A stretch of DNA of 64,000 nucleotides from Laetmonice hystrix (Eukaryota), in assembly GCA_965235115.1 (NCBI GenBank), contig OZ249440.1:18042001-18106000 (forward strand). Direction: 5' to 3'. The notes under the pieces are model-generated. The model saw only the letters and a list, made by a program, of their open reading frames with translations, had not been told where the DNA came from and did no database searches. Positions 48,111-63,102 of the stretch are shown here, piece by piece; within the stretch, counting starts at the first letter, position 1, and every line of letters starts with the position of its first letter. A program made the translations under genes and the position numbers.

Positions 48111-50167
48111 TGTGTGTATCTTATGGTCAAATATTGCTGTACTTACCGCTCTGACAGCATCCTTTGTTTGAAGTCAGCTCTGTCCTCAAACTAAACCATA
48201 CCATTAGATTACGTAATACGTATCCCGGTAAGTATACTGAACGGTAATCCCATTTCCGTACAGAGAGCGCTAACATCACGGATATCCTAACGTTTTAATC
48301 CGGACATCTCAAGGGTATTAACTCGCCGTTTTTCTCCTATAAACCAGGAGTGGATGGTAAGACCACTCGCCGGCTGTTTCCACGGGTACACACCACTCAG
48401 ACAGATACGGTCCACAGCCCGCCGGCCTGGGTTAAAACCGTACTACCTTAACAAGCAGGTGGTACTAAAATGACATGTAGTAGACCCCTGACACATGCTA
48501 TGCATGTTTCCTGATGGTTCCTGTAGGTATACGACACAGCTGCCACCTGGATATCATGACCAACTCAAGCTTCCCACCAGTGTTTGCTAACTTAGGGCCT
48601 ATATATTATGATCCTTCCGGGATCAATCACCTCATACCTACCACAGCGCCAGGGATCCTTTCAGTTTCAGAACTTAGCTTCCGCCCTTTTAAAACACAAC
48701 TTGCCAACAATCAGTTTACTTTGTCTTGAGTCCCAGGTGTGCCAGTTTTTGCCCCGCTGCACTCTCAAACTCCATTATTGTACTCCACCAAGGACGCTGC
48801 ACATTTCCTATTTATAATGGCCGTTTTTTGTGTTCACCGACCACAGCTCCATCCCCTGGGAGCCTGGGTATCAGGTAACAAATCCTCGGTCACGTAACAA
48901 CCACACATTGGCCGGGATGTCTGGACGACCGTGAGAGGTTGACCAGCACGGCTCGAGTCCCCGCCGTCCACAGCTGCGCCCCTGTTGTCTCCGGTCCCCG
49001 GATGGAGCAGGGGTATGAGCAGGAGACTGGTCTACAGACTCCTGCACAGCACCACACAATCACACACACATACACACCCGAGGTTACACGCTTCGTTTGT
49101 CGGCACGACGTGTACCATAAAGTCGGTTTGTTGAAGTGCACACACATAAACCAAGCTGGGCAGTGTATGCACGGCTGTGTTGTGTACGGATGTTGTGGTC
49201 ATGTGTGTATTGATGTTGGCGTGACCTTGGGACAGAGCCGGACACAAGGCAGCCTCATCTTCCATCATCATCATCACCAGCCGACATCATCAAGGTTCCA
49301 CAGCCCATGCAATGGTGGACATATAGAGTTGGCTTGGCAACGGATTGCTATATATGTATCTGTGACACTGGGCTCGACTGGGACCAGATAATTGGGTCAT
49401 TGGTGTCAGTTACTGCCAGGATACCCACCTGTGTACATGTGCTGACCGTCCACATATCCTGATCTATCTCTGCCTCATGGCACATTGACCCCACAACAAA
49501 CAAGTTTTGAATGTGCATTAACAAATTGTATCGATTTAATAAATCTACAAATCATATATCCGGATCCCACACTAAGAAAATTGTAAGATCTGAAATAGCT
49601 AATCGCAATTATGACGAAGACTTAGAAAAAACAGCAGTATGTAAATTTGGTAAGTTCCATCTTGTCTGCCTACGGGCCTGAATCTCTAGATCCTTGATGA
49701 CAGTCTCCAGAAATATGTCACTGCAAACAACGAGTAACACACGTGTCTGCACGCCACCGGCACACATTGCTGGCATTCCTACAGCCGTCGGCATAATTAA
49801 TCATTATGGACCGATACAAGGCACGTGCCCCATCTACTCAACAAAAGAAGAAGGCAATCGAATAAAATGTATCAGTTTTACCATCTTAATTAGTTTGGTT
49901 TGGAGAACTAGACTAAAGTCGTCACCAGTTGGTTGTCCTGCTGGGTTGCTATCAATCCTATTACAAACGTAAAGTTGAAAGCTCGGGGGGATTAAATCCA
50001 GTCATCATCCCTGTGTCAACTGAACACACATGATCAGAATGTCAACTTTCACGCGACAGCATGAGTCGTGACCAGGCGTTATTTTAATCTATTCTAATGC
50101 CAATATTTGCGCAAGTTGCATGTTTGAGATTATGCACCTTTTCAATCATTATCGACCTTTTATTCAC

Positions 50168-51069
50168 TAATATAACGGGATTATTGCCACACTGGTAGGA
50201 TCTGACATGACAGAGGTTTCGCCATGGTGAGTCTGCTCACTGACATGTCTAATATAACGGGATTATTGCCACATTGGTAGGATCTGACATGACAGAGTTT
50301 TTCGCCATGGTGAGTCTGCTCACTGACATGTCTAATATAACGGGATTATTGCCACACTGGTAGGATCTGACATGACAGAGGTTTCGCCATGGTGAGTCTG
50401 CTCACTGACATGTCTAATATAACGGGATTATTGCCACATTGGTAGGATCTGACATGACAGAGTTTTTCGCCATGGTGAGTCTGCTCACTGACATGTCTAA
50501 TATAACGGGATTATTGCCACATTGGTAGGATCTGACATGACAGAGTTTTTCGCCATGGTGAGTCTGCTCACTGACATGTCTAATATAACGGGATTATTGC
50601 CACATTGGTAGGATCTGACATGACAGAGTTTTTCGCCATGGTGAGTCTGCTCACTGACATGTCTAATATAACGGGATTATTGCCACATTGGTAGGATCTG
50701 ACATGACAGAGGTTTCGCCATGGTGAGTCTGCTCACTGACATGTCTAATATAACGGGATTATTGCCACATTGGTAGGATCTGACATGGCAGAGTTTTTCG
50801 CCATGGTGAGTCTGCTCACTGACATGTCTAATATAACGGGATTATTGCCACATTGGTAGGATCTGACATGGCAGAGTTTCGTCATGGTGAGTCTGCTCAC
50901 TGACATGTCTAATATAACGGGATTATTGTCACACTGGTAGGATCTGACATGACAGAGGTTTCGCCATGGTGAGTCTGCTCACTGACATGTCTAATATAAC
51001 GGGATTATTGTCACACTGGTAGGATCTGACATGACAGAGGTTTCGCCATGGTGAGTCTGCTCACTGACA
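50168..51069. repeat. 82/83-bp minisatellite x ~11
   Basis: Unit TAATATAACGGGATTATTGCCACA(C/T)TGGTAGGATCTGACATGACAGAG(G/TT)TTTCGCCATGGTGAGTCTGCTCACTGACATGTC, starting at 50168, 50250, 50333 and so on. Confidence 0.97.
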
Positions 51070-54000
51070 AGTATACAATGTCATGGAGACTGAGACGTCG
51101 GTTAATGGAGGAGAGCAACCTATACAATTGAGTACTTCTGGTTACATAGGTTCTGGGAGGCCATTAACACTCTGGAGGAGGAAAGAAAATAAAGAAGGAA
51201 AGACATGAAAGAAGGAAAGAAATAACACCGACTACGGAAACCTTTTCGGAATCGAGGTAAATGACGCGACCACGATTGAGAGAATAAAGGAACGCTACTT
51301 ATATCAAAGTGACTTGATGACTCATGTTGTATTGGAACCACAGGGCCAAGGCATTACCTGGTATTACGTAAAGACAAAAGATTCCAGTAAATTCGGCCTA
51401 CTCGTGCATCCAACCTGAAACCCCCTCGCCACCAGGCTCGCGTGACTCATGTATGAAATGGCACAGATAGGTGACTAGTATCACTGAAGTTTGTATTAAG
51501 GTTGGAAGGTCTGGATGTCAGAACAAGTCCTTTGTGACTTGCAATGTTTGCTAGGACATTGTTGGAGATTTCTATGGTTGTCCAGGCTGTAGTCACGGAC
51601 TTGCCTGAGGACATGGACACTCCGTCAAGAACCCTCAATGCCTGGCTGTGGCCGGCCCTGACAAAAGTGGCCGCGAACTTGGCTGACCTCTGGCAGAAGG
51701 CCTGTAGGTATTTCCATGGTATTCGCACCCCCTGCAGGAACCCTTCGGGGTGTTGAGTCCTGCCAGGTACCTCCAAACAATGGGAGCATCCCGCGATGAA
51801 AAGAAACAACCCGTGTAACAAATAGGAAGTGGCAGCGGGTCTGTAGCAACTGGTCACGTTCCTGGTGTTGGGTTGAGATGGCCACTCCCCCGGCTCATAG
51901 AAACACTATCCTCACACCTACAGCATTCACCTCACTTAACCTCCGGGTCACAACCACCTTCTGACCCAAGGCAAGTCAGCATACACAGTCGGACCACGTT
52001 CATGGCAATGTAGCGATCCTCCAGCCGGTCTATATCCTGACCGGTCCCAGTGTACTGATATTGTACCTCAAGTGGCCAACGTTATAATCCAATACATACC
52101 CGCCCAATTCTTAACACTAAACACCTATTCCCTCAGAATACCGTACAATTGAACTTACTTCCAATAAGTGAATCTAACATGACATAATCTGTTTACGCCT
52201 TGATCTTGCTTCAATTACGCAGGATTTCCTATGACTCAGTCTTGAAAAATACGACTTGCAATTGCCTGGAATCTCAAAATCCGGATGGCAACGGTTTCAA
52301 CCCCATAAAAAACCCTTTGGCTTATCTTTGTTTAAGAAAGATAAGATCAAATCTACCTGCATGGTGTTTATCTAAGTACACCTATATCTCTGTCGGAACC
52401 ATCCAAGCCAAGTAGGTCTACCACCTTGAGGTGTCGCTATGGGCCGCGATGTTTGCACATATAGCGCTCCAGCTAAAACCTCAAGTGGTTGGCAAGTACC
52501 TCACCCATTGAAACCACACCAATTGGCCGCGATGCAGCCATTGTAACTGTATTCTGTATTTACCTTCTACCGTTAGTCAGCTGATGGCTGCTCTACACAA
52601 TATTGGTCGTGGACCTGTTCACTTGACACCAAATGTAGAGTAGTCAGGGGAAACAAACTACTCGCTCCTGTCTCTTGAGTTGTACTCATACAGACCACAC
52701 TCTAGAGGGAGAGCTGGGGAAACTTTATGATATTGATATAGCTTGCAGGTACATTAGAACAGCTGTTCTGTTCACCTAGGAAAGAATATTCAGATTATCA
52801 TGTCATTGGCGGATGTGCAATAATGAATATAAACGATTGAATACATGTACATTAACCTTCCTGCCCGCCCAGAGACAGGGATGTGTGACACCTTGACAAC
52901 TTGGTGGCCCCGTCTTGGGCACGTCCTGGGTACAACATGCCTCGTACAATATGTTCAGGGACATCTGGAAACGGGCAAGGAGGACACAGCATCTATCTCT
53001 ATCAATCTCTCAATCTCTCAATCTCTTCATTCACAGCCGCTGTCGTCACATTCCGATCAGGGCGAAACCTTTATTATATGAGGGTCGGCAGACGGACTGA
53101 TCACCGGACACTTTCCTAGTTTTCTGAACAACTCTGTATACCTCCATAGTTTGAGAGTTCCGTGTCGTAAGAAAGTCTGTTTGCACTGATGAAACTACCA
53201 GCGAGATTATCGTACTTTTCACCTAATATTTTCGCCTCTCGGCCTACTATTGGCTATCACATACCTACCAGCTAAATCTATTTCTCTGAGACAGTAAACC
53301 TGGGTTATATCAAGGTGTGACTGAGTATTTGATATGGATGCCTCCCTGCCCCGTTCCCAGCACCACGCCACCTGCCGGCCGGTGGGACCCAGCCACTATC
53401 ACGTGACAGCCGGACCGACCTGCCAGAGTTGGTTTACCTGGTGGATACCCGGAGTGCAGGTGGCGGTCGGGGATTTATGAGGATCCACTTGGCTCTTCCA
53501 AACATGGAAGCAGATTGAGTATCAGTTTGCCAGCTTCATCCCTGAACCTGCTGCTGTACCACAGCAACAAGTCTCACCAGTGGGTGAGGTTAGGTCTGCT
53601 TTCAGTGACATAATTACTGGGTCTGCAGCACAAGTTAACGTGTGACAGCAATAACACTGAGTCTGCAGGAGGTCATGACGCGAGGTCTGGCAGCCAAGAC
53701 CTCAGTTCTGACAAGGTCAGTTTCTGACAGTGGGAGCTGGGATGTTAGTTATGGCAGGGATGGCACAGGGTCCGACAGGCCTGACGTTAGGTCAAACAGG
53801 GATGGCACTGAGTTCGCTGGTAAGGTGTGAGGTCAAATAGGGATGACACTGGGTAAGACAGCCTTCATTATTAGGTCAGACATCCATTATTGGCTGCTCA
53901 ACACCATTCGACCGTCGTCAGAAGCCATTTCGCAGCGGGACCATACAAGTATGCCGTCCAGCTATGACCTTATAGGTCGCACATATATTAAGGACTGACG

Positions 54001-57000
54001 TTAGACCGTCTCTCAACCACGACAGAAGGCATCACACTAGCAATGACAGCTTTTTTAACGTAAACTTTATAAGTTGCTGTAGACCGACGATACCTAAATC
54101 ATCGTCCTAGAGAAAGGAGGCAAAACACGTAGGCCTCTGTTGTATAGTGTCGTCAACAGGGCGTCTGGAAGAAAAAAGTGTCTTTGCACCTAAGCCTAGC
54201 AATCCGGTAAAAGAACGGAATATGGAATTGGACAAAAATGACTGAACTACCATTATTTATTAACGTGATATATAACGTTAAACATGTTTGGAAGAAGACC
54301 TTTCGACATCCCACTTCACCTATTGTCCCCCCTAACCGAGTGGCCACATGGTGGTATTTCCAGTTAGTATCTGACCTCTCTGTCACCCTGCGGTCAAAGG
54401 TGAGATCTCCAGCTAAGCCACTTCCACTATCACACCCAGCCAGCCACCCTCTCATAATGACCAGGCTCCACACCCTCTTACATCATAATACTTTAATGGT
54501 GACCTACTTTTTAATTCCACTTCATTTCTTCAAAACAGTCTGCTTCTCTTTCTGTCCCCCACAACGACATACAACGTACCCTACATGAATAATGTTTTTC
54601 AATAAAAAGAATATTGATAACTACAGCTATAATCTTTACAGTCACATCTGACTGACTATGAAAGAGATAACGGCTCAATTTACACGATGCCGTATACTGA
54701 GGATCTCAAACCCAGCCAACAGTGTCCAGATTACCATCAGTGACAGCTCCCCGTCTCATTTCCGCCCCTGGCCGACAATTGCTCGGTTTCTGCTTCAATT
54801 GCCATCAATTGACCACCCTGATCTCGGTGATTTATCTGCGAGCTCTCAGGCCGCGCACCAATCAGGACCGCCGGGGGATCAGCTTCTGCACTACACCGAT
54901 AGGCTGACAACAATGGCTATTGTTTCATAACACTCTACCACAGATATTTCCTGGGAGCGTTTTGGGGGAAAGATCCCCTTTATGATATAAGACAAAGAGA
55001 AATTGTTAAAAGTGTCTGCCATTGTTTACTACATGGTAACACTATCTAGTATCTGTTACTGTTGCAAAAATTAAACAGCACGTCAGCGTATCAATTTGAA
55101 CTCGCAACCCGGCCTCCACCTGTTCAGAAAATATAGGGTTAACAACCACCCAAGGCAAGATCTCTTTGAACTGGCAAGGCTGCATTGAAATGAATGCAAT
55201 GAAAACAATTAGAATGTGGAATAAATAAGACTAAATGAGAGGGAGTCCGTCCATTAAGGTCAATGATCTCTGCAGGCAAACGGTACCATTTAGTAACATT
55301 GGTGAGAGTCATGGATAAATCTGGTAATAAATCACCCAGTTCTGATTACAGATGTCGGGTGTTACTATCAGAACTGTTGACTTTCACTGGCAGGTAGCGC
55401 CAGCTGGCCCATATCTCGTTGGTCCAGCCCATCTGGCAAGGGGACCCGTATTCTCCTCTACCTCCATTATCGCCCAGCACCCACTAATCATTCCTTAACT
55501 CTCTTGTTTCTAGCTCTTGTTAATTGCATGTTGTTTGATTAGCTCCGTTGTTTTGATATAAGTCTATAAATACAGGTAGCCGCTTCATTGTTTCAGGATC
55601 GAAGCCCTGACAAAAGACAGTTAATCTCAGTCTATACACTTCAGTGGTTTCCTTGGAGAAAGGTAGCCCGCATCACTTCTATTTAGTTTAAAAAGAAAAC
55701 CTTTCCTTTCTTCTTCCATATACTTGGACTAACATTACACAAGTCCTTTCTATAAATAACCTAACAAAACTCTCTCCCCCTAGCATATATTTTTGTACCC
55801 AGTCGCTGTCTTGAATTTTCTTAATCTTGCTGCGGAATTAAAGATTTGAGCCACTATACTGCACATGGAACTACTTCTTTCAGTCTGGTAACTACTTCTT
55901 GTCAAGGCTTGTCAGAAGAAGTACAAAAACTGCCATATACATTATAATTTACGACGAGACTCTTTCAAAAAGTCCCAACAATAATATCGTAAGGAAGCTA
56001 TCATTTACACGAGAGCAATACCTGACCAACTATGACCATAAAATAGAAGGCTATAGCCACGGAAGAAACATATGCCCTTTTCTACTAAGGATGAAATATG
56101 ACCTTCTATAGTTCATGTTTTGAATTTGTGTGCACCAAAAGTACTGATTGAAAACAGGCCCCTGTAAAACGTTGCGGATTATCTCTTGACAACCGAGCCC
56201 AGGCGTTCTTTCTCCTTTCCTTGGTGTTGGTTGCATCTGTAATGGGAGTCTGGGCTCTACACCTGCAGTAGGGTTCCTAATGGCCAGGAACAGCTGGGAG
56301 CAGCTGGTAGAGCTAGAACCAGGCACAACCGACTTCACACAGTCCCTTCACAACGCGGATACAAACAGTTCTGTATACCATTAATACATTCTATCTCTAA
56401 AACAAATACATAGTAGAAATAACCAACAAGGACACATCAAGGGTATAAGGGCCAGCCCCTATAACAATAAAGCCGTAAACCGCCCAGCGGAAAAATAATC
56501 TGATGTATGTGCATTTTAATGTTGAAAATATCACAAAAATATAATCCTATAAAGCTCTAAATGACGTACAAGGTTACTTGGGTATGATGCGTTTTTGTTG
56601 TATAGTTCAAGCTGAAATGATGTCAAATTTCTCATGTAATTACTTCATAAAATTTTAGCCTAGATACTCAGAAACAACGCCCAAAGTGGTAGAAAATCTC
56701 TGCTCTCTAGTTACAGGGTAAAACTTGGGAAAATGAAACACCCAGAACATCTGGCGTGAATCCGTATCATATCTTTTCTAATTTGACTTGGATTAAAGAG
56801 ATGCATTTCATTGTAATTCTGATGAATATGAAGATATGCTGGCTGCAGATCTGTGCAAACCTGAGATTGAATACGGGCCGACCCCCTGAGGGGCGGGGGT
56901 TGGGAATCCAGCCGATCGTTATCCCCGTATCAGATAGCCTGTCATTTCGAGCCAGCATGTAATTGGCCAGGATCGGGGGGCAGACCCCCATTGTGACGGG

Positions 57001-58253
57001 GGCCTGTATCGTATTGCCCCGGGTGAGCTGGAGGTCGGGGTCGGGGGGATAGAATCAGTGCTGCCACCTGCCCTAACAGGCTCGAGCTTGGTATAGGGCC
57101 GAACTGGGCTGCTTTGGGCTGGGCTGGGCCGGGCTTGGTGCACCCCATCCGCGCATCCCACCCACCCCACACCCAAGTAGCAATATATCACTTCTCAATG
57201 CCAGAGCTAAGAAAGGGGCGAATTTTGAAAAAAAAATATATTTTTGATGATGCTTACTACTAAGAAGAGACTGCTAGCTTTAGTCTTTCTTCAAAATTTT
57301 CCATTCCAGTCTGATAGTTTTCTGCATCTCTTCGTGAAGTAAGCAGGGACAGTATGATATCAGTTGCCACAGGGGCTGTAGCTCTTTGTTTCAGATAAAG
57401 TTATTAGGACCTTACCACATGCTGGCGCCACTTGCCTGGTATAATAAAGCCGTTATAAGGCGGGCAGTCCACAGCTAATTCATATAATCATTCCCAATCC
57501 ATTGTTCTAGAGAACAACACAAAATGTAGACTGAACCCTGAACTACCTGATTACTGTTTACCCTGGGGTATGATAGATGACGCAACCCTCGGGTGTATCC
57601 CCAGGTGGGGGTAACAATATCACCCTCCATGGGGTCAAACGACCTTATTAGGATGTCATTTGTATTAATTAAGTTTATTATTATATTTATTAGTCTGCGA
57701 TATTCTTTACATTACTGCTATAATTAGCGGTATGGATTTGGTCTAATTAATACTGGCATATTCTAGCTCACTTATACGGTTATTTTCTTTTTAAATCAAC
57801 GTTTCTATCTCCAGGCAAAATAATGAGGTAAATCTGAAATGTAAACATACTGCGATTTTCTTGTTTGATCAAAACTGCAATAGCTTTGCGATATGAGGTC
57901 TCCGAATCTACTCTCACAGTCTGTACTTGTGAACTGTCTGTCTATGTTGTGTATTGTGTCAGTCGATGTGAGCACCTGTCCCAGCCCGGCCAGCTGTGAT
58001 CGGTGCCGAGCTGTGAGCAGTGATTGCTCCCCTCTCTGTCCGTGTGGTAGGGGAACAGGACAACGTGTTGAAGGGGTCAAACCCCCAGCCTGATGACTGG
58101 ACACTGGACGGTCCCCGGGGTCCTAGTGCTCCATAAACTGTCCGTGTGAGTCAGGGTCACTCATACGGTGATCCTTTGTACTCATCCAGACTTCTCAATC
58201 AGACTTCGGTACGGTATCAACCTGACAAAGCACCTTGGCAATAACTCAACTGA

Positions 58254-58400
58254 TTAGGTCAATCCTTTAAGTCCTATGTTACTCAATGTAATAGGTTAAT
58301 CCTCCAAAGGTCTATGTAACCCAATGCATGAGGTCAATCATCGAAAGTTCTATGTTACTCAATATATTAGCAATTAGGTCAATCCTTCAAGGTTCTATGT
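58254..58400. repeat. Old degenerate ~38-bp tandem repeat x ~4
   Basis: A recurring AGGTCAATC.....A.G.TCTATGT.AC.CAAT skeleton with many substitutions. Confidence 0.65.
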
Positions 58401-58809
58401 CGGTCAGGCCAGGCACACTGCCGATGGCAAAAAGTACTTACGTCTACCACCCAGAAAACTGTTTTAATTAGTCTTATGTCAAAAAATAAAGTAAAATGTT
58501 TCTATGAAACCCTCTCTTGGTGCACTTAAAGAAATGCGAAGTAATTACTCATTAATTTAAGATTGAATGAGACTAAAACCGTCTCTCATTTATCATTGGC
58601 ATTTATCAGCTTAGTGAGATTTTAGGATTGTCATAAACAGTTTGACACGTCCCATTGTCAGAGCCGTCACTGACGACTGCCATCAACTGGCGTTAATCCG
58701 CGCCGTCAGGCTTTCCTGACGGTTTACTACTGGGGTTGGGTCGTCTGCTGTAAGAGTCGATCCCTTCCCGCCACCACACCCGTCATGTGTGAACCAATCA
58801 AGTTATCTG

Positions 58810-58934
58810 TGACGTCATCACGTCACCGTCATGACACGTGACAGGTCAACTCACTCAGAGACAGCCACATCTAGGATCCATCAGCTCGTCTTTGTTAGCT
58901 AAAATTAGCTAGCCTCTCGTACCCGGATGACTCA
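58810..58934. promoter_or_regulatory. Candidate enhancer or promoter: cluster of CRE, E-box and AP-1 motifs
   Basis: TGACGTCA (58810-58817), CACGTG (58835-58840) and TGACTCA (58928-58934) lie in a locally CpG-rich patch. Motif matches only. Confidence 0.35.
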
Positions 58935-61900
58935 TGAGTGGGGTTCACAGCCCGGCCCGTGATGAGCTGCGCTGCCTCGGGAGCTTTTTGCCTGTATCGT
59001 CTTACCAGTAAGGAGCTAATTCAGACCGTTGCTCTGCTTGGCCGGGAGACAGATGCTAATTTTAACGGAGAAAAACAATGTCTTTGTTGTATCATGTTTT
59101 AGACACTACTGCACCCATTCCATATTAGGGTGGCCCAGCCCCAGTTCAAGCAGATGGATATTTTTCCTTATCTATTCCATTTCCTTCGGGCCTGCATTCA
59201 TTTCAACTACAATGGACCAGGAACTTCTACGACATCTGACTAATATACCGGAATATATATGCCATCTGATTCCTAAAAACGGAGACCTGAACGTGACATA
59301 GGTAACCTGTGTACGCTGTCAGACAAATAGAAAAATAACTAATGTAAAAACATACAAAAAATATAACTTGACATTGGTGAGAAGAATGGATGCCAGGGGG
59401 TAGTGTTGGAGAGTACTGTAAATAAGTGAGTTAATTGCGCTGTAGATGAGTACCTCCAGGCATCCTGGGGCTCCCTGTCACTGCACCGGACAAACTCTAC
59501 ACTTGATATCGGTCTGACGCAAAACCTTATAGTCTCCGCAACCTGGCCATTGTTACACTGATCACAATACCTCCGGCATATATCAGTGGCTGCGAACTCA
59601 ATGACAGTCCCACCTCCTATCTCCCTCCCAAACATGTGTACACCGCCACACCTGGACTGACCAAAGACAGCAGAGCATGGCGGACTCGCTGTCCTCCCCA
59701 ACCAACGTTGGCCAATCAATCCAACGTTACGCTATGATGACTTCCCGTTGGTCTCACAAAGGAACCATCCGACGGCGTCTCAACCTCCGTCTCTATCAAC
59801 ATGTGAAAACATTAAAAAAAAGGGGGGGGCTCTAATTGGGGGGTTCCGGCTGGCACGACTGACAAGCAGGGATTCGGTGTCAAGTGCCATGTGCTCTTTC
59901 TATAGAGTTGCCAGAAGGGACACCAACATACACCCCCGAATGGTGGCAGGCAGGGAGGCAGGCGGTTGGCTGTTATACCGCTAGTTTTCATGCCACTCAA
60001 CCATTCACCAAGCGTTCATTACCGTGAAAGGTCGCTCAAACCGTGACGGCACGGCCCATAAGGAAATGGAATATTATAACTTAGGTTTTCATCGGGAATT
60101 CGAGTGACGGCAGCTGGTAACAAGTGTTACCAGCTGCATGTGTTTAAGACCACTTATTTGTTGAAAAGTTAACAGCCTTCTTACGTTCTAACAGCAATGG
60201 TAGACAGGAAATCAGAAACAGTATTGGTGTGTGGATATACCGGGAATTATACAACAGCCTCTCGGTGTATTAAGTAAGACACAAAAATCTACGGACTTTA
60301 GGCTTATTAAGGCTTTAGACAGACCCTAACCAACTTGCAAGAGCAGGCGATCATGCCATCCTCGAGACTTTCTGGTTCTCAGAGCTCAGCGTCACCCGCT
60401 CAATTCTCGAAGATTTGAAGATAACATTTTCCGACAGAGAATTTTTCGGTAGTCACTAGCCGACAGTAATTTAATGAGTGTCACGGGATACTTTGACATT
60501 TGGTCTAATTTAATAAGGCTAGCGACTTCTTACGTAATGCGAAGTTCTACGAGTATGGTTTAACGTTATACAGCAGAGTGATCTCCCTCTACGATCCCAG
60601 TGGACCTTGATGACATCATTACTCCTGTGTTTCCCATCCAATACTCAGGATGGGCCGCACTCACACAAGTTCTGCCGGTTCGTCCACTAATATCGACATT
60701 CAATCCCAACCCATCACGACAAGGGCCTTTGTCCATCAGCGTCTGTCGTGACAATCTGGCACTATTTTCTGGTTAGCCACCCTAAGAACCTATCCCTTTG
60801 CCATTACCACCATCCTGGTCATGCATATCTCAATCTCTCCTTTGTCAGTCTGTGGAAATCACATCCCTGATTAAACTGCAATATGCAATTTGTTCGACAC
60901 TCGCGCAGAATTCATGCACGCTGCCATTAGGGCTCAGCTGTGTGATTAGGACGTTTCCATTACGACAGCCATGTAACCAGCCGAGCATGACGTATTTTAG
61001 CAGTGTTATGACTGATGTCCTGAACCCGCTGCAGCCCCAGCCCCCTGCCACCCCCTTCACTGGCACCCCTTGCCCTCCAGTCTCTTGTACCAGCCTTCAC
61101 TGGGTCCAGATTTGCCAATTGACTGCTCTCAACAAACCCCACCTCTGTTCAGGACAATACCACAAGGATGGTAGCGTTTAAAGAAACACACTAACTACAG
61201 GGAGCGCATGGATTATTACAAAGCCCAATCAACATGGTGCTTTCATGTGTAACACGGGCCTATTGGAAGCCGGATGTAAGGCCTTGCTTCATTGGTTATC
61301 TCGGGCTCCCAGTAACTTCTGCTTGTCCTGATGGACTTGATTATAATTCAACCCTGTACCGTTAGTACTTAAAACTCTCCGTTTCTAAATGTCAGTGACT
61401 CATAGTTTTGACCTCACGTATTGTATTCGCCAACATGTAAGCCCTTTATTGAGCCTGTTGTGTCGTTGTGATGTCATAGAGTGATGTATGTGTGAGCAGC
61501 ATGTCGCTCACAGCCTGGACGGTAGCGTACATGTCCCTCTGTGGGGTCTGCCCCCTGCACCAACTGTCCCATGACACGCCAACACACTCAGCTAATCCGG
61601 CAATGGACGCTGCTCCGGGTCACTGACCTCCGTGAAATGAGCATCATTGAGCCACCCCGAGCTGACCACTAGAAGGCGTTATGTGACCTCTGAGTGCACG
61701 TAATGGGACCGCATAATTTACATGATACCACGGACACCATCTGACAGGCTTCCTTCACAGGGCCACGAAGTCCTGCTGGTGTCGCCCTTGGCCACTACGT
61801 CATGACAAAGAAAAATAAAAAATGGGCCTTAGACACGTCATGTCTGACTGTAGGCCGAGACTGCCGCTTTCCGATTAATCCAACCCATAAACTTTGCTCG

Positions 61901-63102
61901 GCGTTCTCTGTTCAAGAGCGAGGTTCACGAGTACAGCAATGGATAGCGGATGGGAACAAAGTCGATTTATCACATCGGACTGGTAGGGTGAACATTACTG
62001 CTCATAAAAAAACCCTCAGAGAAGCTGATCGGACAGCGTGGCCCGCCATGTAGCAGACTCACAGCGGAACCAGGCCGCGACCCACACAGTTAATGTGAGC
62101 AGGTCGTGGATCCTTGGATCCCCGCCGAGTTCCCAATAACACTCCTTCCTGCCTTCCTCGAAATGCCAGGAAGTCAAGCCCAGCATGACTCGCATTCATG
62201 CCAGTCCCACGGGGTGCAATGTTGATGGATCTACCGTAATGCCAGTTATAAATCAGAGTTCCCTCTGTCCACTTGTCCATGGGTTGCTGACGGAATGCAC
62301 TGCACGTGCTGGGATAGCACCAAGTGGAAACTAAATCTGAACCAGAATAATTATGATCCTCTATCTGAACAACTTCCCCGCTGTGCGGTCAGGCCTCCTG
62401 ACCCGAGAACTACACCAACAGCTATCACTCTCCATCTGTACAAAACAAGAAAATATTTCCTCCTCTAACTGAGACTGCACATTGCAACAAGTTTTAGTTT
62501 TGTCTCCCATATCCTTTTCATGGTTTAATTTCTTTAAATCTAACGCAATTATTAGAAAAGAACAAACATGCACTAGAAATTAATTGGTGCCTGGAAGTGA
62601 GATGATCTTGTTCTTATGTTCATCAAGTAAAACCATCGGCGTCTGTCCTCAGATGACTATATCTCTTTGTGTCTGCCCTGATGAAGCCCACCGGTTTTGT
62701 TTTTTACGTCTTCAAGCCAAACTTTGAGGACAGAAAGCCTCTAATATTGGCATGCACCATCCTTTTGATGTATAGAGTCACATGCTGAAACACAACATGA
62801 GCACGGAGCAAGCACACAGCACACTCGCACGCAACATCTTTTTCTCGTAAGACATAAGATAACCACCTGAACACGACCTATGACCTTTCTACACACGAAG
62901 GAAAGGACCATCTCTGGGAAATTGTCATCTGTAGATGCTGCACTTTGATATAGGATGCGGAGAGCATGATCTCAAAGAGTTAAGTGGAATCAAATGCTGT
63001 GAGAGTCATGTATCACAGGATACATGGGACAACCTTCTCTACCTTACTCACTCAGACACGGTGAGGCTGAGTCATGACTCCAGAAACAATCTCTGCTGAA
63101 AC

